A DNA stretch of 55,130 bases from a virus (lineage: Duplodnaviria; Caudoviricetes). Positions 36,801 through 42,200 of the stretch are shown here, piece by piece. The position numbers were made by a program, and so were the translations under genes. The stretch is from the IMG/VR virus record IMGVR_UViG_3300008097_000008, positions 1 to 55,130 of that record; one strand, 5' to 3'. The notes beneath the pieces were generated by a model. That model saw only the letters and a program-made list of their open reading frames with translations, did not search any database and was not told the origin of the DNA. Numbering within the stretch: position 1 is the first letter of the stretch; every line of letters starts with the position of its first letter.

Positions 36801-38022
36801 TGATAATAACTTCTTATACATTGCTGACTTCCAAGGAACACCTTTAACAAACGGTGATCTTGTAGGTGATTATGGTCTTGGTGGTAACTTCCCTGAAGGT
36901 TACGCATCCATAATTACTAGAGTGTTAACACCAGGAGCTGGTGCTGCATTAGTACAAGATATACGTCCTGCTGGTCAGTATAAGAGATTATATTTAAGTG
37001 ATATTATAGGATCATTTGATCTTAAAGACTCTGTTATTGGACCTGGAGGTTATAAGGCAGCAGTTCAATCTAAAGTTGATCTTAAGGCACGTGTTAAGAG
37101 GGCATTTAAAGGATTTGATGGAGTTCAAGATACGTTTGATTTATCCATCACTAATGGTGTTAATTACCTTCCAGATCCTGATGGACATCTCTTGGTATTC
37201 ATTAATGGTATTTTACAACCTCCAGGTGGTACTAACGCATATACAGCGTTCTCTAATCAAATTCAGTTTAGTGAAGCACCAGAACTAGGTGCATCCTTCA
37301 CAGGATTCTATGTTGGTAAGTTGAGACAGTTGGATGATATTTCATTCGAGTTCGACTCCTTACGTCAGTCATTCAACCTCAAGCGTAATGATGTATTCTA
37401 CTCACTAACGCTAACAGAGGGTGTACAATCTTCCACAATACGTCCAGAAAATAATATCATCGTTTCTCTAAATGGTGTTATACAGGAACCAGGCGTAGGT
37501 TTCGAGATTGTTGGTTCTAGAATTATCTTCTCCGAGATTCCTCGTGTGGGATCAACATTCGTTGCCTTCTCATATGTTGGTTCTGAGGCAGACGTTGATG
37601 CTGCCGAAGTTGTTCCACCTATCGAACCTGGTGACTTTATTGACATCCAAGGTGAGACATCAGACAGAGAGGTTGCTGTTATTGAGTCTTCTAACTCTCT
37701 AATTACTTTCGACTATCTTGGATCTGTCTTTGGACAAGATGCTAAGGGAACTGCAATTATAACTTCTGGATTTATTGATCAGGTACAGGTAACTTCTGGT
37801 GGTTCTAGTTACACATCTAGACCTAATGTAAGAATTGATTCCATCTCTGGATTTGATGGAAATATAAGAGCACTAGTTGGTGTTGCTGGTGTTGAAATGA
37901 ATAATCCAGGCTCTGGTTATCAGAATCCAGAGATTCTTGTTGAGACAACAGTCCCTGATGATTGGAACGCACCTGACCTTAGTCAGTACGGAGAAGAGGA
38001 AGTGGATCCCGAAACACCATAA
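12847..38022 (+). CDS. g7: giant baseplate wedge initiator gp7-like protein (8391 aa) with YHYH, LamG, beta-propeller-like, helical and nested repeat domains
   Basis: gp7 core motifs PAFIEQDYPLFNKFIEYYY, KDFYSSKGTSFSIAYLFKLLYGE, IQDSYYYQDFSY and HPASFKVFGE; located between g6 and g8; uninterrupted 25-kb ORF. Confidence 0.88.
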   Translation: MSKNTNKVSQSVASLTPAFIEQDYPLFNKFIEYYYRSQEKTGLGQNIVNDFLQYLDIDKLDVSILDGATKVVEPITATDSVIVVESVDAFLETNGSLLVGDEVVYYEKTTPSPNIALSPGISYEQVQLKWTGLASPLQDFDGSKQRFPLTSQDNPIAAPSAQHLIVKVYGEIQVPILDFTVDGTDLVFTSPPRAKLDADDPTSTSITYLSGFIENNIAQIDNISNSFGDSKRQFTITKGGARYEPVIDEYIYAVYDNQLLIPKEEFYLDGDQFIFKEAPLNGRYLELFSIEAPIPSFGSNAVGYARINDDSELTGISVSNNGDNYRYEYPPKVSIQGISGSGCSATALVNGVKEVSLLDGGKGYSDTNPPTVVVQDPTKSGAKVAEIKATVTNGVVSGLEIENSGNGYTFTPRLTFRQPGGAKLGTPIINSGSFSGTIPVVERGIGYTTVPEIYVDEPTGEDGIKASLRAVLDPTYGTVQSVQILNAGQGYEVIPRIAIKDPVGAQVLETKVDGDGRVVSIELLSGGSGYDDVPSVYILDDRTDGTGAYAGGIGATAVASIFNGQIIDINIVNFGSGYSASEPPTIFIQSPPSAEASATVGLNQVTGFKINQTGTGYTKAQFEGCARAASGITAYTEDGNAVFTNDTTSSAAEIDTAVKCLDQLFIKRLLDKYTEQFLPDVPSLDYSKIDVRNAIKSIKDFYSSKGTSFSIAYLFKLLYGETVSISYPKDQIIKPSDATWSIDTILRASLVSGDPVNIKDGLITQEADIADPNVQSASALVENFISIKTSELEIFELVLSEETITGQFTVPYKTRLGEPLSETDSIITVDSTIGWPERNGEFVIGGSEVVQYKEKSLNQFIECTRSVNGIVEDWDSATLVKSNFRIYINKGTQQEVVMNIVGIVDAQQTTLTDTGSYYLPGDKLTVSKLGGTGIGPDLTTWLYNVKKLIEITSITYGGVNNQSATVTCANPHGLLVGDQVTIYGANPIIYNGTFLVTSRDGDNIFQYGLPQPATVEPQGNILVSIDLNKGKSANSAIENAISPYTTNVQNSFFNDQYVYVASTGIPNYQIGPFPGSALLPGNQRKLNRFPKDAQTISTKDVIKPGPIGTWVNGVSIWSYKSDLSKTYGGVTSIDITNSGSDYDAASPPAITVSGGGGTGATAAVTVNGSISEITVTNGGSGYTSSPLVSIVGGNGSGAAATAIITKGQVSRILINTGGTGYTSQPSITIVGGGGTGAEGTASVRGPIQAIAVTNGGQAYTSKPSISLSSGVGAVAQAIVNNGRIISIAIISAGQGYTTAPEVTIQGDGFGAIARATIDVDGENAGRVTGIEIVNRGINYLQGTTVINLTSVGQDALFDANVFEWTYNLESTSTFDSAKGAVFTGYNNEYGGEYAHLSNPQKMRYILGDNLFENPYGEIKEQEDQLAHSPIIGWAFDGNPIYGPYGYTDPTDQGSAVIRLGTSFRLKENLVFDVTTNPYPVRTDGPLLTDVDSNGDYLYPAGKFVEDYEYIFGLGELDQYNGRFCKTPDYPQGRYCYFVTIDATEDGNALFPYVLGPSYNSVVDTWNLSTSAIQQNIPTGVVRYRDPYENVDIDVERTPNASTAALTTEGGDIILFEVEDDNRDGVITQDETDNPSELFEESPLQLYDYFPKVQFDSKVDIEVETITKFEDASVTGFTIENPGKNYQVDDILIFDNEGTDGAGVSARISQIKGEAIDQYTFENVNGLNYGVLDTNVPHNLITGDEVFIDYTPIMQNTNKTFVVRQVKGIESIVIEQKGSGYDEEIPPTIIIDGNGTAGKLEAVVSSIGSIDTVNIINSGANYTSSPRVILSHPQVFKKADYYVTTIDNNNYVSVNDIFVNDDKETFFCGKTKDATGNTVAFVAKYSSLGVKEWERSLESTDGQNYTEFEKIFVDGNDIWVVGNNRPNANLLDVYNPDIILCKYEQEDDGLDASLQFQKGYAGISGANRADYVTAIKKYSDIRYIIGGYTNTNSLHPDDAFLASIDTTGNFAVKRKIASQTLSERLTDLLVVGDNVYFTMETATSADQPDINIAFGKATIGVNAITVDWVKEFSNTVYSLVNPSLAIDEFNEFYITAGCRNKSDDITRDSFWVCKLDINGDIIWNYRYLATGREVHVVDKCVIDIFGDLNVAYTKADQITKKTTVGTIKIGYDGTMKKHSTNEFNLKRIEGITAKTVGVDNSGDVYVYGQEQWNRNEFILDFASTITDVTGHYTLTDQSANNSIRYQNGVAKIDGCNVPANTQTTWENGHIKASASDLGTTLDGDFTIEMMVYIDGQSGLPFSLSQNLMTLCQIGSSQDPTGGLWLGFGTGRGLDLTIGNNTTQIVNATAISSASSVMLNDTWISVGLTKNGNLFKAYINGIQVISGTISNTSFGNKDLYFGVGPGFGAGVNDFDKDTQGQFYLDDIRVRNRGVVPTSPADINGLPQGSQFGFSYAWTDTAWFASQINRYDYIDYNGFGLKIDKNADSDRLGDQGLQTNTQIGFARTDIATVTGTSLTIGSTGYELADAGFQSLDFDDATTLMSQDTETLTFATDVWSARTSTVPSPGSQKLKVSAVVKDRYYIKPTSTIVINNIQELTLNQSFDFTVGSKLVLQNQNGTFINSGYIIRKDTPNKKIYLAIIHNPWTDDLANGELITQQFSEQDSYGIIGPVPNDINEIKNYNFVEINNTTPGTFDIDLSTFDAPSDIGGTNNLDDYARLKEFDVNDYSIRIDEVAGGSTYIPGSVVDITSSDITFNTAYSTCQITNLAGVLKITLTANLTKIVQVSSVSNTDEVYVITSTSHYLSPAEMILIDGNPAQESGGTTYDEYDGTFPVDTVISPLEFTYKLPQVAVTSPSTSAGSVSVFVKSPVLKMYNGHQYLFDLSHSSMVGGNLSFSKDNLNKLEYSFNSIERIGTPGVTGQGQPTPTVKLKIDPDIVTNISYYFDPSRTGALSPVIEGSYLDVTDSPYKGNFVISSTAGATITEGPDIFKFLLANEPEGNADVNQASYSTSSLKAVGSISDIRIVNAGGFYTKLPIVTGIQSTRKIERVQINEPGTEYGIGVYNSVPIQGDGEGGLVSILVNDGTDDDGITIPGQIQEVVVTSPGKAYTTAYIDIESIPGILGAGLQGSGAELTVVIPPFGSESSIFTKGDKVGKIKKLKNNNFGYDYPHDYTLRPEITFPLNAQLTSTSILESITVTNPGSGYSLAPAVIIQGGGGSGAQGEASIKNGRLDNIVVKDPGAGYSSTPTVSLRSSFNYVVNLDLGLLQFAYPHGIPNGAEVSLSVTDTGDGADFPLSAGATGRLNGNTTYYAISGSANSLEDDQLKLAITFANAELGDGLTFVNAGTGRQSVLTESFGGTAEANVITSTFLEGELVYQGESLEVATATGYVSTNSGWQIGPRVLKIVDHSGDFAENEKLTGVISKSSGIISDLKVARGVLDIGSITKTTGQFIDDVGKPSEIIQKIQDSYYYQDFSYAVKSAVSISEWKEILIRNVHPASFKVFGELNLNEYGQIPNKDTFFQLTKSVELAQEAVVPNIQSFALVEPIYSEFNNTEVLFRQKRLTSSENILTSVVQRVDDISDLFDGERIAFPLTVDGGTVVANANQLMIVLNGVVQNPDTAFQIQGDSIVFSEPPSPPASVKYANITVSQIDTFELTWTNQSGIYPTLGNTLSGTSSSAKLTVTKVIGSSIFGYITEGTFIEGELCTVSATGFSGNLYSITAIANIGLFTYGETVTNLQGDTAKVEQINLETGAESPVCDLRYAIGPSTTEIEVVPVDGTGPLPAGTINLTENDGFRIGSEIIEVSDITNGSESSTLTVVRGTLGTQAVSAQEGTPVYSTDISVTDSLTLSKTAGTYQSTPGLYNIQLNDVIIGAKSGVVAAVSSSAVYQDPVTGEFIGQVDISPGSSFFGLLFNRITSTSYPNVVIDDISKSQISIVDFTDNSTAYNTNFPSNEIVSNYVIPYGNAVGSLQIGEDIRNYKIEYGNNSGDFTAGEGGRVRKISMYDKEGEGFFNAGQIIRTRDTKAEVIGYNQARGIVYLGKIGRSKSNGEDYFDFVFTGDAQISSVQKKWGDTSLKLDGSGDYIGVASTNEIAFGTGDFTIECWIRPDTAALAGLAEVYDTRTSDPEISGRIYLNGAQIRYNVNGSDLVTSGSTVIPTNNTWYHIAVSRSGTTIKMFLDGVQVGASTDSSTYVARPIRIGSTYQATNSFTGYIDDFRISDVARYTAAFTPPAGIFQGDNDTKLLLHFDSENDDRFVDDWSGGESFTNTEYFNNDPIVASKRYIGNHTYVGGTVSNAVIIQQGIIPKDVTDATYNGLTGDLVLTIGSHSYTTSNTIKIAHNSLTFTCDMDNNATQHTYPRITDPVYDTAIAITSVSATTITVNVGVAIQQGFAKNSHRYNNAGQLILKNLEFIAKEVVYMINQKFPNFTVIGGDVNCEDDVKDICRSIVADMRNGGNNKTWLAVSYYIDRTDTANVKLLNIETEVRETIWAYNKLDQMLEFIVTNSEWKPVGDHGLKQYTDTSITDSSTSSFTYKTPTGATYDAGTGDLTLTIDGHNLYGRRAVTVQAGTSYNAETGILSVTSASHLFQNGDKVMLEKESLTFTCDMDGHKTEHKYPRASDPALAGWLTVSNSQTNTFDLDVGKSPLLVFNPTSGSYDASTGHMKLHIGDHILTPGTNIKVAPNSIYFRCTSDGLQAVKKYPRTTDPIAGKPTPIAYDGEQLSASFANYTPTTGVMKITAGKTFTPLDATYNAVNGMMNLTIPDHGMQAGDTVRLEDGAITFTCAMDDHYSTHAYPRTTDPKRGLQLSITNVQTHSFSVNVGISPKVQLTPNNGSYDPSTGLMTLEFNTAHGLTAGTSIKIAKESLTFSCGFGGASGDAAKKSYPRSTDPFYDTAVKIESATTNAITVKILENVPSTNTDTHTWVGATTGCIHTGGDYEHIFHSALTNGVVWNKHGLVNGDRIKIATNSLTFTCNLDDQETEHSYPRSTDPYNGRWLAVSNVGANTFDVNVGISPDTSSHTFKSAYTNGLTKRDGSITLDVGKSPRVGYDVAGATYDPLTGDMVLNVGIHNLLENQTIQIADNGLSFTCSMDGNATTHSYPRLTDPSRKHALNITDVGETSKTITGAGYTPSTGRMTLTVNGHNLNPATTHTPTDATYNPATGELELTLVGHSFDNGDRVLLDDDCLTFTCAKDNHQSQHTYPRASDPSSMKWLSVQNVHVDRFTVNIGKSQDLSDHRFISATSTCLKRAKDSVKFDDDSITFRCDLDSQATDHTYPRVSDPVHQQWIPVTESLDANTIVLNVGKSSDTSTHVYQTATSGGLKVQTGYITVNVGKSPTVSHNPSSVSYNPATGNMDMTIGNHYLRGGSQHTAATASYEASTGIMTVTVANHGFSIGDYIKFAENSITFTCTMNGNATNKQYPRSTDPSFNKWLAVVGITTDTFQVNVGASPLVKHNVTTATYDPATGLIEATIGSHTLEVGEPVMLKDYGFTFTCGLDGDTVAKTYPRETGFIQNAGVADPAWRTPVVITAKSATTITFNVGTSSDVTAHNWDGGTSSEAIISGGDYNHTFVSASTNGVYRTNETVMIGEESMTFTCDFNGDGNSTEKKYPRASGSNAPGGADYAYNKPVPITSVGTNAHTPTLATYTPATGVMNIQLVNHGFALSTNHTVTAATFTPSTGVMKLTVAGHGFQEGDRVKLADGSLKFTCAKDGNASNHDYPRASDFASNRWLPIFNVSKNFFEVNVGNMFGPAPISHTTTHAFVSAVANGLTKANSAVKLVENALTFTCTKDSGASEHSYPRRTDPSFDEWLPLSNVLADSFDVYIGKSSDLSTHTFVSATTGGMHSQSGVISLNVGISTDTTAHNYVAATKLTPTNAAYNPTTGVMTITVNDHNMANGEQVMIDDGAIKLSCAFGGASGSAAQKDYPRSSDPASGRWLSVSNVSTNSFDVQVLDVVPSTNTDTHSFVSAVSNSITRGILRTGGNHSHTFAKARKNAVIAGGIYRHEFVSPSAYTVTDGAYNPTTGVMTLTIPNHGFESGDHIKMDDESIVFNCSFGGSPTDKSYPRSSDPISGKYVPISNITVDTFTIQVLDSTPSTNTDAHTFVSASTGGVHRAVLHTGGVYNHTFKSATANGIFRQGQAIEILPDALKFTCDMDGAETTHPYPRTTDPAYKSALPITHYTTDTITVNVGSTDFGSNRNYTSYSPTFANYDPSTGILILTLENHTLTQDDYVTLEDNSIKFTCTMDNNQTTKSYPRPGHDTRAARRKLKILGTTDNTISLNVGVAQANQTFTPTGATYDAVTGDMTLTIGQHGMRVGANITIANSSLRFSCGMDGNTANKDYPRATDPYGDLKSIPITHVGHTHATVTNASYTPGSGLMVLTVPAHGYSNGDYIQIVDESLTMRCLLDGNTTDHAYPRSTDYPSGRWLQISNKTNDTFEVNVGTSSDTTTHVFQKAATKGIRRQSGVITVNVGKSPIKGFDVTDASFVPGTGLLTVTIGNHSLTAGTAVKIANNSLVFRCDQDGQSSDHSYPRANGQNGASGNDPAWNTSVNITAVTPTTVTLDVGTSSNTTTHVFQNANNKYSPTNAVYNPTTGVITVTLADHGFVNGEHVKISDGGFKFTCAHDNYATTHAYPRATDPVSNQWIPISNVQTNTFDIQVLDVIPSTNITAHTFHSVVANCLTRSVISTGGDYSHTFVGNQGSNTVSYTPQATHTFVSCDPGSVKHQLTIHNFAQTTANGIKVLNYNTSDCTDVQTTIENLISIVTDTLDSALQTPPVDYLGSLVKYSPPQEFLGGRIYSYYEEEFPINWHDGVEDIMFTNQIGASGKYRFQDAADLVQLNAGPIVDKASVDMLDRYPDLALDMPRNFDGSGAGTLQCKTDLALILQEFIKDLRDGGNFNTVNVAKRYLGANDILLHIRLQVFQSAYAHERLAYYMKQAINGDLTTGNTDKIIVGAWGITQSTSASFTPTAATYEPTTGDLTLTIGSHTLVKGRMINIALNGLTFRCLEDSNGSDHTYPRTTDPAYQQNLKITEYTATTITVNVGISSNTTLHTFQSAITDCVTAPGDCTNVKDAIDNLVTIANDIIAPTNADYAIAADRLYFNRQYIAEEITSLTSAEFTYMLDTSQQFAFTYPEPGGTTTCQRDLKLIILGIISDLQTGGNNSTVAAMEYYLSSLLQIINVEDELLATIYAIEQLGFLCEHAAKGELRDRNSGASAPNYAALYTNTTAYTDTETPTDMTVVGTRIKELVNIAINLIGPGKRPMRGAAKNLIYNRGYYKEEIQTLVNAQFGAGTWLYNDFVDSIITNLSHDLITTDISDISTAYNITIEDVVGTFDVGELITSPKGSAKVLEYNSENDFLVVGEFVGTPWTSNTVLTGTRSSAQAIVSVNGVGSSYTWLNSPGNVRTLNYARNITSNITGQVAGINLFNNPELFTPNWVGIGTGISDNFTASPDSNTSAAKLISSSDSGEHTLHRIYDLTAFDTFDDGTISWDDTTNSFDEGGSGTSDDQQYTFSCFFKKAEYEQVRFHIILDDGTAGEQNIFFDLNMTSGSTGSLFIPQGGITGDAYGAVPYGGGWYRAYITTTLSFGFTELKAKINVYNENNQLSYTGDGTKGLYAWGSKLRKGTLDPYMSATGEVFYADGEFNIKTYALTQLEEYIIKAMTDGLTSPSPQAGYLKFFSTEGASHYDIRTVSRVVRENIKLLKEQLALDSYYTGVTVYNGITIPTYTYGTRNLPVGLGGGLNASDYLYGTSSDSYAELETIIPNRGEVVKIYQRLRFDGDVVDGPWVMNETVSKNGDPAVTGVIYGIHSDENFNYLDIEVTGNPWAITDYVVGETNNTTAQVSLIEDRIQIINLDGEFDATVPFKGYTSGASATPTAFLRNEAAILDNTGGTLTVDTETLVGSFEQTSVVYPETSRQFIEVSKFDGLDVGVGDRIASNGYVRIGISIISGLNQFSVGNRLYKVVGGVADQSTYAIITEVDIDNNFLYIADFQGTPLTNGDLVGDYGLGGNFPEGYASIITRVLTPGAGAALVQDIRPAGQYKRLYLSDIIGSFDLKDSVIGPGGYKAAVQSKVDLKARVKRAFKGFDGVQDTFDLSITNGVNYLPDPDGHLLVFINGILQPPGGTNAYTAFSNQIQFSEAPELGASFTGFYVGKLRQLDDISFEFDSLRQSFNLKRNDVFYSLTLTEGVQSSTIRPENNIIVSLNGVIQEPGVGFEIVGSRIIFSEIPRVGSTFVAFSYVGSEADVDAAEVVPPIEPGDFIDIQGETSDREVAVIESSNSLITFDYLGSVFGQDAKGTAIITSGFIDQVQVTSGGSSYTSRPNVRIDSISGFDGNIRALVGVAGVEMNNPGSGYQNPEILVETTVPDDWNAPDLSQYGEEEVDPETP
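25040..25590 (+). other. LamG/concanavalin-A-like domain within gp7 (second, more divergent copy at ~19690-20130)
   Basis: FGTGDFTIECWI...WYHIAVSRSGTTIKMFLDG...FTGYIDDFRIS...TKLLLHFD. Confidence 0.8.
26440..33081 (+). repeat. 21 recursively nested copies of a ~100-aa Y..TG / H / FTC / YPR / VNVG / HTF domain
   Basis: 21 YPR motifs counted between ~26689 and ~32749; segments open and close in last-in-first-out order. Confidence 0.85.
30477..30929 (+). repeat. exact 30-nt direct repeat TGCTTACAACCCAACTACAGGTGTGATGAC
   Basis: Copies at 30477-30506 and 30900-30929; a near copy of the 30465-30500 stretch lies at 32601-32636. Confidence 0.85.
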
Positions 38023-38025
38023 ATA
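38019..38025 (+). promoter_or_regulatory. T4-type late promoter ATAAATA
   Basis: Overlaps the g7 stop, 20 nt before the next ATG. Confidence 0.75.
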
Positions 38026-38045
38026 ACTAAAAATCGTAGCGATAA

Positions 38046-39272
38046 ATGGCCAAACAATCACTAAATCTTGGTACGGTTCCTAATGATAACACAGGGGATA
38101 CTCTGCGTGGTGGAGGTGACAAGATTAATGACAATTTTAATGAAATCTATAGTGCAATAGGTAATGGTACATCAATAACTGTTGATGTTACTAACCCTGC
38201 AGTAGGTCAAGTATTAAGGTATACTGGATCTCAATTTGCTCCATCTGATTACGCTAATTTAACATCTTCATTAGATGTTAATGGTAATTCAATTGTATCT
38301 TCTAGTAATGGTAATATTACAGTTGCAGCAAATGGTAGTGGTAATATAACATTAGGAGCTGGTGGAGTTAATACAGTTTTCCAAGGAGCTGATGGCATCA
38401 TTGATATGCCAACTAAAGTTAAGTATAAGAATGAATTTTCAGCATTAGGTAATGCACCTTCTGCTGCATCTTATCCAGGATATTTCTTCACTGTCGATGG
38501 TGATGATAATCCATATGTTAATATCAATATTACTACAGGTGGTGTTGGTGATGTGAGAGCAAAGGTAGCAACAGAATATTCTAGTATTGATGTTTTGGCC
38601 GACGTTGATACTACAACTGCTGCTCCTACAAACTTACAAGTTTTGAAGTGGAGTTCTAGTGCTAATAAATGGACTCCTCAAAATGATGAGTCTGGTTTAG
38701 CATCATTGAATACTTGGGCTACGATTACAGGTGATACTGGTAGTACGACAGCAAATGCACAGGCAGATACGTTAACTATTGCTGGTGGATCTAATATAAC
38801 AACAACGATTGTTTCTGACACATTAACAATTGATTTTAGTGGTACTTTAACTACTACTCTGGCAGCATTAACTGATACTGATTTGGGTGGAGTGGTACAA
38901 GGAGATTCGTTATTCTTTAACGGTACTAATTGGGTTGCTACTAGAAGTCCTATTACTTGGTGGGAATTGAATGCTAATGGTGCATCAGATTATACTTTTA
39001 ATGGACCTGGATTTGCATCTGCTACTGCTGACGCAACTCTTTATGTTATGAGGGGTCAAACATATGCTTTCGATAATACAGTACAATCGACTGCACATCC
39101 TTTCAGAATTCAAAGTACTCAAGGTTTGACTGGAACTCCTTATACTACAGGGCAAACAGGTAGTGGAACTGGAGTTCTTTATTGGACAGTTCCTATGGCT
39201 GCACCTAGTACTCTTTATTATCAATGTACACTCCATGCAGCAATGCAAGGAACGATTAACGTAGTTGGTTAA
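38046..39272 (+). CDS. gp9/gp10-like baseplate/fibre-connector protein with C-terminal cupredoxin-like domain
   Basis: N-terminal LGTVPNDNTGDTLRGGGDKINDNFNEIY resembles the T4 gp9/gp10 start; C-terminal HPFRIQ...LYYQCTLHAAMQG. Confidence 0.75.
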   Translation: MAKQSLNLGTVPNDNTGDTLRGGGDKINDNFNEIYSAIGNGTSITVDVTNPAVGQVLRYTGSQFAPSDYANLTSSLDVNGNSIVSSSNGNITVAANGSGNITLGAGGVNTVFQGADGIIDMPTKVKYKNEFSALGNAPSAASYPGYFFTVDGDDNPYVNINITTGGVGDVRAKVATEYSSIDVLADVDTTTAAPTNLQVLKWSSSANKWTPQNDESGLASLNTWATITGDTGSTTANAQADTLTIAGGSNITTTIVSDTLTIDFSGTLTTTLAALTDTDLGGVVQGDSLFFNGTNWVATRSPITWWELNANGASDYTFNGPGFASATADATLYVMRGQTYAFDNTVQSTAHPFRIQSTQGLTGTPYTTGQTGSGTGVLYWTVPMAAPSTLYYQCTLHAAMQGTINVVG

Positions 39273-39278
39273 TAAAAT

Positions 39279-42200
39279 ATGGCAAGAACTGTTCCTGGAT
39301 ACGGTGCTCAAATTGAACCCATATTTGACGATAAATTTGGTGTTCGTGCAGTAAAAGTAGTAGATGGTGGTACTGGTTACGATATATCAAATCCACCGAG
39401 ATTGACTGTTGATGGTTGTGGTACTCCAACAACGGAGGCACTTCTTTATCCTATTATAGATAATCTTTCAGGGAAGATAGTTCATGTTAGAGTTTTAGAA
39501 AGAGGTCTTGGGTACGATCCTCTTAGATTACAGATAATACCAGCTCAAGATACACCTACTGTCATACAATCTTTTGATATTAATAAGATTTGGCAGACAC
39601 ATCCAAATTCACCTACAACAGGTTTATTCACTGTTGATAGTGATAGACTTACAATACAGAGTGACAATCATCCAAAACCAACACCACTTATAGAAGAGAG
39701 AGCACCTGGCGGTGGGTCTGGTGGTGCTCTTGCTCAGTATACACCTTCAGCAATTAACTATAATCCTACTACTGGTTTGATGGAAATGACCATTGGTAGT
39801 CATAGTTATACTACAGGTGATAGCATTAAAATTGGAACTGATTCATTAACATTTACTTGTGCGTTAGATGATCATGGAACAGACCATACATATCCTCGTG
39901 CAACTGATCCAGTAGCAGGTGTTGCTATACCAATACTTTCTACAACTTCTACAACTATTACAGTACAAGTATTGGGTGTTGCTCCTGCAACCAATACCAG
40001 TGCTCATACATTCAAATCTGCTACTTTTGGTGCAGTTACTAGTGGTGGATCATTAGTAGATCGTTCATTTAATCAGACTTACATTTATAGGGGTGGTAAA
40101 GATGCTCCTAATCCTAATACTAGAGAAGAACAAAATAATAAAGCAATAGGTATAATGGCAAATGGAGTTCAACTCCATACTCCAGAATGGGGTCAAGCAG
40201 GTAACCCTACTCCTGGATTTGCTATTGATGCGGTTAAGTATAATTATATTAAAAATAATAGATCTTCTGATGCAGTAATAGATAGCAATACTTATTATTA
40301 CCAGTCTTCTAGATTAATTAGTGAGTTTGCAGAAGATAATGGTGTGTTTGATTGGGGTAAAATAAAACAGTTTACTTGGAACATCAAGACAGAATTTGAT
40401 AATTTGATGTTAGAAGTTGAAAATGTTTCTCAAGAATTAGCTTTAGTTGAAGTTGGTAGAACACTTGATGTTATTGGTGGATCTGGTAAAGCTGAAATCG
40501 CAAAGGTTGTAAAGAATAATCTTGATGCAATAACACACGTATACATAAGGGATGTTACTGGATCATTTGCTGAGGATAATGTTCTTTTAGGATCTACTGG
40601 ATTTAGTTTTAGAATTGCAGAACCTCCAACAGAATTAACCAATGGTGTTTTCTATATTGATTTTGGTGTAGATGCTGAAGAATTTGGACCTTTTGTTTCT
40701 GGTCAATATTATTTTTCACCAGAGAATATTAAAGTTCAAAGAAATTATTTAATTAAGTGGAATCAAACAGAGAGTTCTAACCAACCATCAGAACTTCATC
40801 CTCATGGTCATCCTATGCAGTTTAGTACCACACAGGATGGTTTATTGAATGGTGGTACTTTGTACTATAATAGTACTGGGGTAACAGAAGCACCATCTAC
40901 AGATTACGAAAATGAGTTTCAACCTCTATTCATAATGAATGGAGATGAAAGTAGTAGGATATATTATTATTGCAAGTATCACAGATATATGTCTGGATAT
41001 GAAGGTCATGAAGGATATATGACCTTAGATACAGAAATTGATAATGATCCTCCAGTTAATGATTATTATATTACAGACTATTATCAGAGCGATAATAGTG
41101 ATCCTAATACGATAGATTATTCACGGCATGCTGATGGTCATTCTAAGATATTAGGAATGGCATTTGATGGATATCCAATTTATGGACCTTATGGATATGA
41201 TTTAAGTGGTACTAGTGTTTTAGGTACTACACAAGTTTTATCTGAATACGGTGGTCTTTTCTATCAGGTTGGTAATGGTTACCCAACTACAAATAACGGA
41301 CCTGGAACTGGAACAGGGACTGGTTGTATTATTGATGTAACTGCAATTGGTACTTATCAGCCTGGTGGTATTCTTACAATTAGGATAGCTGAAGGTGGAA
41401 GTGGATACGCTATTGGTGATAAAATTAGAATCCTTCATAAGTATGATGGGGCTTGGATATCACAATCTTTTGTGAGTGGTCAAGGTGCTAATGCAAATAG
41501 AACTGAAGGAGTATATGGTGATGTTGATGATGGAAATGAATTCACAGTTCAAGCTTCATGGACTTCTGCTAATGGTGTTGGTGGTAAACCTAAGATTACT
41601 GTTGCTGCTGATGGTTCCATAAGTGGTTTCACTATGGGTGGCAATGGATCTGAGGCAGTACCTGGACCAGATGGTAATATGGGATATAATTATATCGATG
41701 ATGAGCAGATTACTATTCCTGGTAATTTAATTGGTGGATCTACTCCTGCAGATGATTTGGTCGTCAAAGCTGCTTGGGTTACTGATGATGATAGTGGAAT
41801 TGCTGAAATTACTGCTGTAGGTAATGGTCTTAAAAGAGAAGTTACTGGATTTAGATACAGAGTAGGTGATGAATTAGCTGGTGCTAGACCTGATGTAGTT
41901 ACTGAAGAAACTATAACTTATGCTGTAACAGTTGCTAATGGTGAGTTTAATATTGATGGTAGTACTGTTCCTTTCTTAAGTTTATGGAGAGGAAAAACAT
42001 ATGTATTCCAACAGAATGATTCTAGTAATGATAATGAACAGTTATTAATATCTACTACTGATGATGGGTGGCATGCTGGTACTCCACCAGATACAACATA
42101 TCTTTTTGAAGGACCAGGTATTACCTATTGGTTAGAAGGATCTGAAGTAACTTATAGTGCTTATATTAGTGGATTTAATGCTGCTACTGCAAGAGAGATA

